Assembly: GCF_009914755.1 (NCBI RefSeq)
Contig: NC_060928.1
Direction: 5' to 3' (one strand)
Length of the DNA stretch: 64,000 bases
Source of the DNA: the human T2T-CHM13v2.0 reference genome, Homo sapiens
Shown here in pieces: positions 41,021 through 58,035 of this stretch (positions within the stretch are counted from its first letter, which is position 1; every line of letters starts with the position of its first letter). A program made the translations under genes and the position numbers. The notes beneath the pieces were generated by a model, which was given only the letters and a program-made list of their open reading frames with translations, was not told the DNA's origin and ran no database searches.

Positions 41021-43804
41021 TCCATAATCATTGAAGACCTTAGAGATCATCCAGTGAAAAGCAAGAAAATCAGGATAAAGTATCTCATAATGCATGAAAA
41101 AATAGCTTCTCTGCTCAAGAGAGGTGAGAAGCCAAGAATAACTCTGTGTGCCAATTTCCCAGACTCTGAGAATTTTATAGGTTTAAAGTGCCATGGAGAT
41201 TCTGTTGTCATTTATGCTTTTTTTCTATTTCTGTTACAGTTAACAAGATCAACCTTGCTGGGAAATGAACAAGCGACCAGGTGAGCTCAAGAGTCCTTTC
41301 CTTTTTCCCCAAACTTATGGATTTCTCAAATAGAAACTGAGGTCATTGCATATTTTGGGGTTGTTTAAATAGACTTAAAGCTAACAGGGGTGTTAACTGA
41401 AATCTTTCCTTTTTGGAAAAGTGAGGGAAGAGAAAGGACTGGAGGGCACTGATAATTTGGGTGAAGTGTTTCTACTCAGAAGGGAACGTGAAAAATTTGG
41501 ATGAAGTCAGTTTTATTAAAGAGCTAGTAGCCTGTTAAACAGAACTATAGTTAAACTTGTGTTAATACAGCTAAATGCAGATCTTTACATACTTAAACTA
41601 CCCAGAGAGTTACTCGTTAGAATAGTGAGCTAATATTTATAGTGAGCATTAAGGGAATGGTTTTGAATATTAAAAATGCTCTGCAATAGCAATTTTTATT
41701 GTGATTTGAAATGCTTGTCTCTATTACCTTTTTAGGAATTAGTGGATGATAGTCCTGTTGTCTTCTGGCATTTGTGAAACACAGCTTTCTTCTCTATAGT
41801 TCTCCTATTCCTAGAAACTGTGCATGTGCATGCATGCACACACACACAAACACCATTAAAAAGGAATAACAATTCAGGATTTCTGAACATCTTTATTTAG
41901 ATAATTTTATGTCAAAACCATAAAATGTATTACATGTCCTTTTTAATGAAAGAGAAAGCAAACACTAAAATGTATAACATCTGCTGGAAATAGAATCTAA
42001 ATTAAAAACTCGTGTAGACATAAGGACCAAGGGACAAAATATAGGGGCAGGAAGTATGGCAAGATGTTAGTGTTAAAAATAATTTTTTAAAATATTATGC
42101 CTGATAGCAGGTGCATAGATGAAATATTTTTGGGGTAAAAAACTCATTCTGAATCTTATCTGAAGATTGACAGCAATGTTTATTTGCTCAAGGCATAATA
42201 AATCTTTTAATATATTCCCACCGAGTTTTCAGATTTTAATAGATGGAAAGGCCATATTCACTGACTATTTGAGGATTGAAATTTTCTTTCAGGAATAGTC
42301 ATTCTTACCTGAATTATTAAAATGATTAATCCCTTACAAGTGACTAAGAACCACCGCTTACTTCTTTCCCACTTTACTCATCTAACTGAGGTTTGTGTTT
42401 ATCAGCTGATATAATGTAGCCCCTTAAGTGAACAGTATCATCCAGTCGTTTTGGTAAGAGACCTTCTGTTTGGGACAGGAAATAGAAAACTAATTGGAAG
42501 ACAGATTTGTTTTACCTAACAAGGAAGAGGTATCATGAGGATCAAGTGAGAAAAAAGTGTATTGAAAAATTATAAAGCACATAATGAAATGCAAGATGAA
42601 ATTATGCTGTCTGATGGCTCGTGCACAGCTGCAGCGAAACGCAGTGTTGTATAACCTGCAAGCTTTGGAGGCTAGTCCTGTAGGTGGATAAATGAGACAG
42701 CCTCTGATGTGGTATAATTTCAAGATTTCCGTAAGCTCTAACCACTTCCTCAACAATAGAACCACAGCTTTGGACTGAGATGTTGGCTCCAGAAAGCCTC
42801 TGTTGAAAGGACTTTCCTACAAGGTAGAGAAAACAAATGAACTGACTTTATCAGACTAACCAGCTCTCACCTAAAGAAAGCTTATGAGGGAGGGAAGCAC
42901 AAGAAAGATAATTTTTGAAGGCATGAATGTGAGATTAAGATGGAAAGTTCTGTGCATGCAGGTTAAGATGGAAAGTTTATTCTGGGGAGGACAAGCCCTC
43001 AGCAGTATCCTGGTAGGAGGTTCTGGTAATCTAGGGACAGCATGAGAGCACTGTGTCACTTGTCTGGAAAAGAAGATAGAGGAGAGGAAGTTTGGAAGTG
43101 AGGGACACACCCAGGGCCTACACTGCCTGTGCCACAGTTCAGCTGCAGCCCAATCCTGCATGCCTGACCTCAGTTCATTGATCTCTGAGCATGCCCATTC
43201 TCTTCATAAAGCACCTTTGTTTTCTACCCAGTGCACAAACATCACGACCCGTGTCTGAGAATGTTGGGAATTTTATTAGGTCCATAAAGTTTTAGCTGTG
43301 GTCTAGTCCACCGAGGCCAAAATAAATAAATAGAGAGAGTGTAAAAGTAACATTAAAAAAAAAAAAGCCTGGCTTAAAGAAAGAAAAACTACTGAAGCTC
43401 TAAAATAACTTTGTCACAGTGGTTTTAGAGGGGATTTCTCCTTACCAGCTAAGAACTCTGTAAAGTGCAGGCTGAGAAACTGTGGTATAATTGCAGCCAA
43501 AAAATTCACTTTTCATATTTCTCTGAGAATATTCTGTTCTATGGAGTTAGGTTTAGAGGTTAAAATGATTGACAACTGATTGGCCACAGGCCTAAAGCTA
43601 ACTGAATAAAAAAGCAAAATGCCTTGGCTTTAAGAGTCAGGCTTTCTGGGAAAATGTTAAAGATAAAATTAATTACTATTGATAATGTAATGCATTTTCC
43701 TTTTTCTTAACTACTTTCTTCAGGTTCAAAATTCGTATCACTCAAATTTTCTTCTGCTTATATATTTAGTTTCATAATAATAATATTAATTATGATTACT
43801 ATTA

Positions 43805-44040
43805 AATATAATCATGATTTGAGTGCTTTCTATGTGTCAGGCACTATTCTAAGACCTTGAAATGCATTAATTAATTTACTTCTCACTACGTAAATTAGCT
43901 ACTGGTATTATCCTTCATTTTATAGTTGAGAAAACTGAGAGACAGACCAGTGAGGTGACTTGCCTTAGATCTCAGAACTAGGAAGTTGAGAACCTGGAAT
44001 GAAAAAATATATATTTAGCTATGAGCTCTTAAGCTCATGA
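43805..44040 (-). mobile_element. MIR
   Basis: 'tatgtgtcaggcactattctaag...cattttatagttgagaaaactgag'. Confidence 0.8.
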
Positions 44041-44453
44041 AAACATTACAAATGAATTTGTAACTACACTCCTTGCTTGGTGTCTTTCCCCATTGTCATC
44101 ATTATCAAAATCCTTTTTGGGTGTTCGGTATGTGTCCTAAGAATGCAATTAATTAGTAGTGGAAAAGTCATAATGTTGAGTGGAAGAAACAAGATTCAGA
44201 ACAATAGTAAAATATGATGCCCCCTGTGCAAAATTTAAATTCCATACTTAAAAAACCATATAATGTTCATATCACATATAGGTTTTTGTAAAAGCCATAT
44301 CAACTTCATGAGAGTAGGGCTTTCTGGTCCATGAGGAGAGGATTGGAAGGGTTGGTGGTGAGTCTAGAAGCAATAATTTGAAATGGGGACAGTTGTTAAT
44401 TCTGAGTGATATGACTATTGTTCTCTGGATTTATTGTATTTCTTAAATTTCTA

Positions 44454-44586
44454 TTCAAATTTTTTTTTTAGGGATGGAGTCTCACTATATTGCTCAGGCT
44501 GGTCTCAAACTCCTGGCCTCAAGCTATCCTCCCTCCTCAGCATCTAGAGTAGCTGGGGTTACAGGTGAGAGCCACCATGCCTGGCT
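44454..44586 (-). mobile_element. FLAM (free left Alu monomer) with 9-bp TSD
   Basis: Single monomer; TSD aaatttcta at 44445-44453 and 44587-44595. Confidence 0.88.
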
Positions 44587-45240
44587 AAATTTCTAAAAAT
44601 ATGATAAGCAGGAATATATATGGAGGACACTGATTCCTGTGCCAAAGAGGCCTTCATTTCAGTTAGAGAGTTAGGACGTGTAGATAAGGAGGAGACTAAG
44701 ACAAGGTGTCAAATTAGTGCCATAGCATGTAAGACTTGTGGAGTTTCACAGGAGAGATCACTCAAGGTGAGCAGAAGTAGGTACAGCTACATGGAAGAGG
44801 GAGATGTGAGTTGGGCCTTGAAGCTTTAACCTAGACAAGTGGAGAGGAGGGAATCCCAGGCAGAGAGCTGGACAGAAGGCCAGACTGAGTGGGGAAATCT
44901 AGCGGTGGCATTCACAGCAGTGGTGAGAGTCAAACGAGACAATGTATGCAGAACATCTAGTGTGGACTTCGTACAATACTGATAAATGTAATTCAGGCAA
45001 TACCAAACAACAAAAGAGGCATTATCCAGGCTCTGTACTGACGTTCATGATCCCCGTGGCCTATTGTCGAGAGTCACACCTGGGGGCATTTATTACCTTC
45101 ATTTGAACCTCAAAGGAACCATAAGTGTTTAAGGGGTCATTTTGTTTATAAAGACAACGTCCCACTTTAAGACCTATTGCAAAAATGGCCACCATATGTT
45201 TCTAGAATATCGCTTCTGTTTTATCTCCAGAGCTAGCTTA

Positions 45241-45590
<350 letters not shown>

Positions 45591-45738
45591 TCACTCATTG
45601 AATTCTAACCATATGCCCTCAAAGACTGTCAGAAGAGTGAGGACACACACACAACTGAAGGAGGAGGCAGAAGGAGAAAAGGCCGATGGGAGGCAAGGGT
45701 GAATTCGTATGAGAGTTTAGAAGGAGGACAACTGTAGC

Positions 45739-46923
45739 CTCATTGAGTGATCTTGGAAAGATTAGTTCCTGATTGTTCCATGGTTTTCTAATTGGGCGAG
45801 TAGTTGACTTCACAACTGTGGCAGCATATCTCCTCTGAGTTAGCTGAGGAGTTTGTGTATCAGGACACAGACTGTGAACAGTTCTCCTTAGCCCGGTCAC
45901 CTGGTATGATCATATGGGGCATTTGCCACAAGGCCCCTGAAAGAGAAAATAAGTGTATTCATGGCTGTCTGGGCATTATGGCATTGTGACACCAGACCCA
46001 ACTCCTCCCGGTCCCCTCCCATCCTGCAAAACATACCCTTAGTCTCTTCCTAGTCCCAGTTCTCAGTGTTCTTACAGTCTGGGTGTTTCTTTTTAGGATG
46101 TATGTGTTAGGCGATTGATTGGAATATGCATGGCCCCTATTGGACTACAACTTGGGTGATGCCCATTTTGTGGTTGCTCTATTTCTCTGAGGGAAGGTAA
46201 ATGGATCTGAGGTGGGTCTCAGAACACCACAGGGACACTCCACTGCACTCACAGTGGCAGCTCCCCACAAGCAGGGCTGGGTTCCTTTACCAGGAGTGCT
46301 TCTGCCCTTAGTGCAATTGCCCTTTATTCCTTTCATTTTTACTGGGATCAGCTTTTCATGGGTCTTTCTTCCCTAAGACTGCCATATGGGAAGTGGTATC
46401 TTAGCTCTCATTGACTTATTTTGTGTGGAGGTAGAGCGAGGGAGTCCAATTATTATTGTCTCAATAAGAGACATATTGAGACAATAATATTATTGTCTCT
46501 TGTCTATTATTATTGTCTATTGTTATTATTGAGATAATAATAATTAGACCCCCTCACCCTACCTCTGCTCAAAATAAGCTTTAGTTTATTCAGAAAAGCA
46601 AATTTAGCAACACCAATGAAAAACCATTTTTATAGTAAATTTTGTTAATCTCTAATGTATTTTCACACACATAAATATATCCTATTCTGGACCTAAATAC
46701 ATAGAATATAATTTTTACTTCTCTTTTGTCCAAGATGGAAAAAATGAAAGTAATAGTATTTTGAAAACTTCCCCATACACCTGCCATTCACTTTGTTTTT
46801 GTATATTCCTTATTGATGCTCATTGAGTGATCTTTGAAAGGCTAGTTCTTGATTATTCTTTGGTTTTCTAATTCGGTGAATAGTTGGTTTCACAACTGTG
46901 GCAGCATATCTTCTCTGTGTTAG
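45739..46923. repeat. 105-bp direct repeat pair (45739-45843 and 46819-46923)
   Basis: Ungapped alignment at offset 1080 with 14 mismatches. Confidence 0.92.
46415..46578. repeat. Nested inverted repeat / palindrome
   Basis: 53-bp outer arms (45/53), an inner perfect 16-bp stem and a perfect 22-bp palindrome. Confidence 0.93.
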
Positions 46924-47224
46924 TGGAGCCACTGAGATGACTCTTGAAAGAAAACCCACAAGGCTATCTGGTAGTCAATCCAAATGGAATAACTTTAATA
47001 CAGACAGTGGAAGAGCCAGTAGAGATGTCCTCAGTCCTTGTTCACAGCCCTGAAGCTAAAGGAGTTTAAGGCTAATTGAAGTTTTGGAGGAGAAGAACCT
47101 AAAGTCCCTCACATATTGCAAGGTAGATTAGCAAAATGTCTGAAATGTATGGAATCTGGAACCAGACTACCTGGTTAGAATCTGGCTCCTGACACTACTG
47201 GTTATGTAACCCTGTTCTTCAATG

Positions 47225-47636
47225 CTTTCATGGGTAAAATGCATGTTCCAGGCTAAGCTGTGTGGAAGCAGATGATAAGGTGGAGTTTGGTGTGCAGGGC
47301 ATTGATTAGAGATTAGGACATGTAAGAGGAAAAGGGAGGAAGGGAATTGGGCGAGCGAGAATTCAGTGATTCAGGCCTGACAATATAGGGAATAGCTCAG
47401 TGGGGAGTCCTGGAGTGAATATTGTCCATCGGTGTTACCCCAGGTCAGGCTGCAGTGGCCAGGTATGTCTTTCCCCAACTCATTCTGCTGACACAGAGTT
47501 CCTGTTTGAAGAACATGACTCTGGACAGGACAGCTAGGCAGTTGAGACAGACCCTGAAGGAGCTGGAGGCTACCTGCAACTGAGAAGTGAGTCCTTTTTT
47601 GGAGTGGGATCTTGGTGACAAATTTCCATGTCTATC
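47225..47636 (-). mobile_element. ERVL LTR (LTR16-like) inserted in a + strand MIR
   Basis: 'ggaagcagatg...ggtggagtttggtgtgcagg' is antisense-similar to the 33372-33845 element; MIR halves at about 47140-47222 and 47637-47735. Confidence 0.5.
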
Positions 47637-48141
47637 AAAAATGCAAGTAATAATAATACCTACCTCATAGGGTTATGATGAGGATTAAGTGAGCTATTAT
47701 CTGGAGAGTTCTTACAAGAGCTTTTGCTGCTATTATTGTATGTGCATATGTGTGTGCAAGTAAATGTATGCAATGCTTCTGCTCCATCAACAGAATCTTA
47801 GAGAATGATTTCTAGAATATAGTGAACTAAAGCAAGTGTTTCGACATCTCGTTTGCTCTCTCTCTCTGTTATTGCAAATTCTGCTGCTAGAAGCTCATGG
47901 GTTATTTTATGCATTACTTTGTTACACAATTCAGGCGGGTCTTGACTTCTTTGTCTTCTGGACATTATGAGTGTTACAAATCTTTTGAATCACCCCGGGC
48001 AGTCATGATATAAACCTTGGCCTGTTTTTCCTACTAGATGATAAAATGCGAACAGTAGGAGCCAAGCAGAACTAAGGAAGGATGTGACTTAGGTTGGGGC
48101 TCCTAGGGAATGTTGAACAAATTGTGAAAGGAAGCAAACAA

Positions 48142-51746
<3,605 letters not shown>

Positions 51747-52401
51747 GAAAGGAAGCAAACAAACTTCTGTGCACTGAATCCTCAATTCAGACTCTGGGAG
51801 AGCAGGGGGCTCTGTAGGGCTGACTTAAATCAAGAAGCCTGGTGGTTAGGGTGCACAGAAGGCCCAGCCTAGCTCTGTAGATTGGCTGGCTTCTGAAATT
51901 CCAGACTCTGGTTCAAGTTTTACCTGTGCTTGTCTCAAATGCTGTAGGCTGAAGGAGCAAAGAACTTCACCCTTTGAAACTGTCTGAGGTTGCTTTTCAG
52001 ATTGAATCGGGTAACAAAGGACTCACTCTCGTTGGCAAAGAACAGAAGATGTTTGCTTCCTGGGGCATAGTGGTTGGTACTAGGATATATTCATTTAAAG
52101 AATGAAGCTGTGAATAAAAGTTTTGATTTTGGAAGAGCTCACAGTCTGAAGAAAGGAGAGCACAAATTGAGAAAAATGTGTGCATAAAAATATGACTTAA
52201 ATGTGAACACTGAGAGAGTGAGGTCTACTTTATGGCTAGGTGAGTTCTGAAGGTGTTTTTGAGAGGAGGCTCTGAAGAGAGGAGTCTGGGAAGACTATGA
52301 GTAAAGTAAACATTTTGAAGAACACTTTGAAGGAGGGAAGGAGATCATGACTTGTTGAAAAAGAGAACCCCTTAAGAATACATGTTTCTGAGTTCCTTAT
52401 A

Positions 52402-52902
52402 CAGCTGAACCTTGGACAACACCATTGTTAGGGGTAGTGACCCCCACACACAGTAAAAAATTCATGGATAACTTTTGACTCCCCCAGAACTGAACTACTA
52501 ATAGCCTACTGTTGACCGGAAGCCTTACTAATAACATGAACAGTGGATTAACAAGTATTTAGTATGTTATATGTATTATATATTGTATCCTTATGATAAA
52601 GTAAGCTGAAGAAAAGAAAATGTTATTAAAATCATAAGAAAGGGAAAACATATTTACTATTCACCAGGTGAGAGAGGATCATGGTAAGTTTCTTTATCCT
52701 CGTCATTTATGTTGAGTAGACTGAGGAGTAGGAGAATTTTTTATTTTGATTTTGCTGTCTCAGGGGTGGCAGAGGTGGGGAGATGGAGGAGGTGTGAGGG
52801 GAGACAGGAGAGGCAGGCACTCTCGGTATAACTTTTATTGAAAAACATCCATGTATAAATGGACCCATGCAGTTAAAACTTGTGTTGTTTAGGAGTCAAC
52901 TC
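52402..52902. mobile_element. Tigger2-derived non-autonomous DNA transposon (Tigger2a/MER28-like)
   Basis: TIRs cagctgaaccttggacaacac / gtgttgtttaggagtcaactc flanked by TA; internal 'actactaatagcctactgttgaccggaagccttac'. Confidence 0.88.
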
Positions 52903-52914
52903 TATGCAGAAATC

Positions 52915-52995
52915 ATATATCTGTCACTTTGGTATCCCTAGAACTTTACATAGCATTTGGTACATGGTAGGTCTCAAAAAATGTAGGTTGAACTG
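52915..52995 (+). mobile_element. L2 3' end fragment
   Basis: 'gtatcccta...tggtacatggtaggtctcaaaaaatgt...gttgaa'. Confidence 0.6.
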
Positions 52996-53956
52996 AGGGC
53001 AATCACTCAGGCTACTGCATAGGGGATGGGTTGCAGTAGATGGGGACAAAGGCAAAGAGAGATGTGACCATGAGCCAAGGATAAGAGGTCTAGAGAGGGC
53101 ATGGCTAGGACACCAGGAATGGACAAAGGAAGTCTAACACGTGTGTGGATCTGTGTTTCCCAATCAGGGTCTATAGATACCTTCTCAAGGCCCAGCAAGT
53201 GCTCCCTAAGATTTTGAAAAGGCTGCCTTTTCTTTTTGATCATCTGAATAAACCATATTGTAACTAAACCTGCTGTATGATTTAGATGCTGTATTTTCTT
53301 TGTATTTGTAGTTGAGAATTGGCACCACGTAATTGCCAAAATGACAGCATTTAACGTTTAATGTGCTGTTAGGCACGCCTGGTTGCCACTGGGTTGGTTG
53401 CTCCTAAAGTCAAAATCATAGTAACCGTTCTTGGCTGCCACTGTTCAGCAGATGACTGTTTACCCAGGAGTCTGAACACTAGCAATGCTCAAAGAACAAA
53501 ATTGTCCTAAATGACTTTAAAATACATATTTTAAACTCTTTATGTAACAGTGATGAGCTCTGGTGCATTTGCTCCTGTGGATGCCTGGGATTCAGGGGTC
53601 CAGACAGCATAGGGTATCAAGGAGGTGTGAATGACTAAATGGTCACTATAGAATAATAGCATTTTCCCTACAACCCCCTTGTCTCTGGCTTTCTGTCTAA
53701 GATTGAGTTGTGGTGCTTCTGGGATATTCATTATTTTGGCAGGTAACAGCTAAGCAAAAGTGCTAAAATGTTAAGTTGAAATTTGGCAAATATATTTTAC
53801 ATATCCCATTGTTTCTTCTAAATGCTGGAAAGAAAAAATAAGGGGATGAGTATATGAAATATTGGGGTGGAGCAGTGTTTTCCATCCTTGTGTGCTTTTG
53901 GAATTAAGACTCTAGAAATATAGGGAATCCTGATGAAGCTATAAACCAGGACATGC

Positions 53957-53979
53957 AAAAAAAAAAAAAAAAAAAAAAA
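53957..53979. repeat. A23 homopolymer
   Basis: Directly visible; no Alu or L1 body attached. Confidence 0.95.
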
Positions 53980-54479
53980 GACCAGAGTGTGAAGGTCAAA
54001 TTTTAAAAATCAGTTGCAAAGGCACAATTTCTCCTTTGCAGTGAAATTTGCTCTCAGAAGGAACTTTCATAGAGCAAAATTTTGGTTCCTTGAGTATTTG
54101 ATATATGCACTTGTTGATTTGGTTTGCAAGAAAATGGGATGGTGTGGCCGAGTGATCTATTGTTAAAATGTTGAAGCTTAATGAGAAAAGGAAAGGGTGG
54201 GTTTAATATGTAAATGATGTGATTGTACCACATGATATTATAGTTCATTATATGGAGGAAATGTTTGCAGTTACTGGAATACAGACAAAAGGTTGTAGAA
54301 TTGGGTTATTATGTGGTAAACGGTGGCATAGATAGGCTGAACTCAAATGACGTTGGTTAGTAGCAGTTAGTTTCATAGAGTCCCTTGTGAATTGTGTTTG
54401 GTTTGGGCATGTTAATATTACCTGGTTCTTTCAGAATTATCAATATACTGAAGTGTGTAAGTGTAATCCATGTGGTTAG

Positions 54480-54580
54480 CTACTTTTGTCTGTTTTATTT
54501 ATCACTGTACCTCTAGCACTTTCGACAGTATCCGGTACATAATAGATACTCAATAAAAACCTTTTGGAATGAATAAATTA
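54480..54580 (+). mobile_element. L2 3' end fragment
   Basis: 'tcactgtacctctagcac...ggtacataatagatactcaataaa...gaatgaat'. Confidence 0.65.
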
Positions 54581-54950
54581 AAATTTTATTGGTTTTATAC
54601 TTTCATTGTGTTTAGTTCATAGATTTGTTTTTGTTTTATGATTGCATAAGAACTTTATGCTTAAGAACTTTAAACCTAGTTCTACATTGTGCACATTGAA
54701 ATGAAATTAAGATAGTTAAATTCAACCAGCGTCTGTGAAAGTGTTTATTTTTATTGGTGTGTATATCTTACTTTAGTTTGTCAAGTACTGCAATGGAGCA
54801 GGAGTAATCAAGTTACAAACTCTGTGTTGCGTGTGTTAGAGGGGAAGGGAAGTAGAAAGTGAAGCAAAAGAAAAGAGAAAAGGAGAGAGCTTAGACATGA
54901 AGCCAAGACGATGAACCTCAGGAGTTTCCAGGGACTGACATCATTGCTTC

Positions 54951-55407
54951 TGTAGTGGGTTAAATATTCCCCACCCCCCGCAAAAGAATGTGAAACCAGA
55001 ATTGTGAAGGTGACCTTATTTGGAGTAAGAGTTTTTGCCATTGTGATTAAGGCAAGGATCTAGAGATCAAGTCATCCTGGATGAGGAAGGGCCCTAAATT
55101 CACTGATGGGTGTCCTCATAAGAGAAAAGGAAGAGACACAGAGAGACACAGAGAGGAAGGCCATGAGAAGAAGAAAGCAGAGGTTGGAGTGATGCATTTA
55201 CAAGCTCAGAAGCACCAAGAACTATGGGCAGCCACCAGATGCTGGAGGAGAGGTGGGGAGCAGGTCCTCCCTCAGAGCCTCCAGAAGGAACCAACCCTGC
55301 TGACGCTTTCACTTCACACTTCTGGCCCCTGGAACTGTAAGGGCATACATTTCTATGGTTCTAAGCTACCACATTTGTGGCAATTACTGCCCTAGGAAGC
55401 TAATACA
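54951..55407 (+). mobile_element. MLT1C-like solo LTR
   Basis: 'tgtagtgggttaaat' to 'ctaggaagctaataca'; 'gtgaccttatttgga', 'gagcctccagaaggaaccaaccctgctgac'. Confidence 0.88.
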
Positions 55408-56914
55408 GCAGTGGGATATTGAGATAAACAGAACCCATCCCTAGAACTGATGAAACACTAATATGCTTGCTTATTAATAAATAATTTATTTTGTTATAGA
55501 AGTTTTTAAAATATTGTGTCTCCTAAGTGGATTCACATTTGAGAAGCTCTGCACAAAGTCCTTTAAAAACCACCCAGCTCCCACAAAGCAGATTTCTGAC
55601 ACGAAGGACTTTTTCCCTTTGTCCAGAGCCTCAGTTAGTGCCCTACACCCCCACCTCTCCATTGAGCACACATTGGCTTGAGTGTGCTCATGCACTCCAG
55701 GCAAGGCTCCTCTTTCATTGTTCCTCTCCTTTGAGGTAAAGAAAGAGCAAAATGAGGTGACTGGTTTGCTAAAGGAGCTATTCCAAATGATTATTGCTAA
55801 CACCCAAACCCAAAGCCAGATACAATCCCATGAGTCATACTTGACTAACATTATAATCGGTTCACGGACTTAATAATTGTCACATTTCCGTGTGTTGTCT
55901 TCTAATCATTAATCTCTTTCTGCATGTGAGGAGTACTTTCCAGTGTGGCTGTCCAGAAGTTAAGACTTGAAAAGAGTGTATTTTCTCTTTATAGAAGTTT
56001 TAAAATTCAATTTAAAAATATTTCCAAATATGCCCTGAATATCTAAAATATCAAATAATCATTGAATAAGTGCCACATCCATGAGGGTTTTTTTTCTTTT
56101 TTTTCCTGGCAGGAAGATACATAAATTAGATCAGCATGGGTCCTGCAATCTTCTTTTGAGAAACCTGTACATTACTTTCCTGTCACAATGGCTAGAAAAG
56201 GCACTTTATATTCCACATCCCAAATAGAGCCTCGGGTTTAGAAATGCTAGTGTTTTCATCTGCTTAAATCAGAGAGGACTCTGAAGGGTGGGGAAGAAGT
56301 ATTATTTTTCATTTCAACCATTTTAAAGAATTAACTTTCCAGAAGAACTTTTGTTCCTATGATAAACCTAATTAGACCTACTTATTCATTTGAAAAAAAA
56401 AAGAAAAAAAAAAACTTGGAAGAGCCAAGAATCTGTCAGCTCCATAATAGTGGTTGACCAAGCTCTGGCATTGAACTCTTGCAAGATTTCTGCAGGGCGA
56501 GAGGACTTTTGGAGTGGAAGCAAGTCTTACAAGGAAGCAAACCTGGGGCGACAAGATCTGGGCTTGACTCTGTTGCTAATGTGCTCTGCAGTCAGGGAAG
56601 AAAGGTTTCATCTCTGAATTTAATTTATCTGTTAGGATATTTCCCAAAGTGAAACTGCCTTCTCCCCTAACCCAAAGGCAAGTGGACTGTCTTGCAGCAA
56701 AGCAGCCCGCAGTGGAGGAGAAGCTTAGGAGATGCCATGCACATATTCCTGAAGCTGGGTGTAAAGGAACTTGAAACGTTGAATGTTTTCAATGGATTGG
56801 CAAGCTTGGTATTGAGGCGTCTTCTGTGTTTAGTCTGTGGGTGAAATAACTACCTTTTGTATTATGTTTTCACACACAATAAAACCCCTGGATCAGGAGG
56901 CCGAGGAGGCAGGC

Positions 56915-57125
56915 TGCATAGCAGAGAGACAGCTCCACGTGGGCTCAAATCCTACCTCTCTCTCTTCCTAGCTGTGTGACCTTAGAAAAAAGACTTAAGT
57001 CACCTGACTATTCTTTCAGTTGTGAAATGGTCATAGCTATGGAGAATTCAGAGAGTTGATGCTGGGGATGAAACAAGTTAGTGTGTCCAGATGCCCAGCA
57101 TGGTGCTTGGCCCCAGGGTGGTCCT
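56915..57125 (+). mobile_element. MIR
   Basis: 'gggctcaaatcct...ctagctgtgtgacctt'. Confidence 0.7.
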
Positions 57126-57462
57126 CTCCATGAAAGCACAACAACAAATTCTCATCTCTCCATTCTCTCACCAAGTGAGCATCCCCCGGTCCCTCACTTA
57201 GGTTCCTTATATCCTGGCACGTTTAAATATTACTTCATTTCTAGACTTAGTTAAGATTTGGTTTGGCTGTAGGTCATAGAGGCCCCAAATATCAGCAGCT
57301 TAAACTGGATAGGAATTGATTTCTCTGTAGTAGAAATCTGCAGTAGACAATACGGGTGATCATTCTGCTCATGAGTCCTGGGGGACCTGGGCAACTGCTC
57401 TTTTGTTTCTCCCTCATGCAAGCCTCTCATCTCATTTCCCATCTTCAGTAAAAGAATAGAAG

Positions 57463-58035
57463 AGATTGCAAAAATTTTCTCCCATTCTGTAGGTTGCCTG
57501 TTCACTCTGATGGTAGTTTCTTTTGCTCTGCAGAAGCTCTTCAGTTTAATTAGATCCCATTTGTCAATTTTGGCTTTTGTTGCCATTGCTTTTGATGTTT
57601 TACACATGAAGTCCTTGCCCATGCCTGTGTCCTGAATGGTATTGCCTAGGTTTTCTTCTAGGGTTTTTTATGGTTTTAGGTCTAACATTTAAGTCTTTAA
57701 TCCATCTTGAATTAATTTTTGTATAAGATGTAAGGAAGGGATCCATTTTCAGCTTTCTACATATGTCTAGCCAGTTTTCCCAGCACCATTTGTTAAATAG
57801 GGAATCCTTTCCGCATTTCTTGTTTTTGTCAGGTTTATCAAAGATCAGATAGCACTCACTGGGGCCTGTTGTGGGGTGTGGGGAGTAGGGAGGGATAGCA
57901 TTAGGAGATATATCTAATGTAAATGACGAGTTGATGGGTGCAGCACACCAACATGACACAAGTATACATATGTAACAAACCTGCACATTGTGCACATGTA
58001 CCCTAGAACTTAAAGTATAATCAAAATATTTAAAA
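57463..58035 (+). mobile_element. Short 5'-inverted L1PA with 16-bp TSD
   Basis: Inverted ORF2 piece 57463-57852; forward 3'UTR 57853-58020; tail; TSD aaaagaatagaagaga (57450-57465) / aaaagaagagaagaga (58036-58051). Confidence 0.95.
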
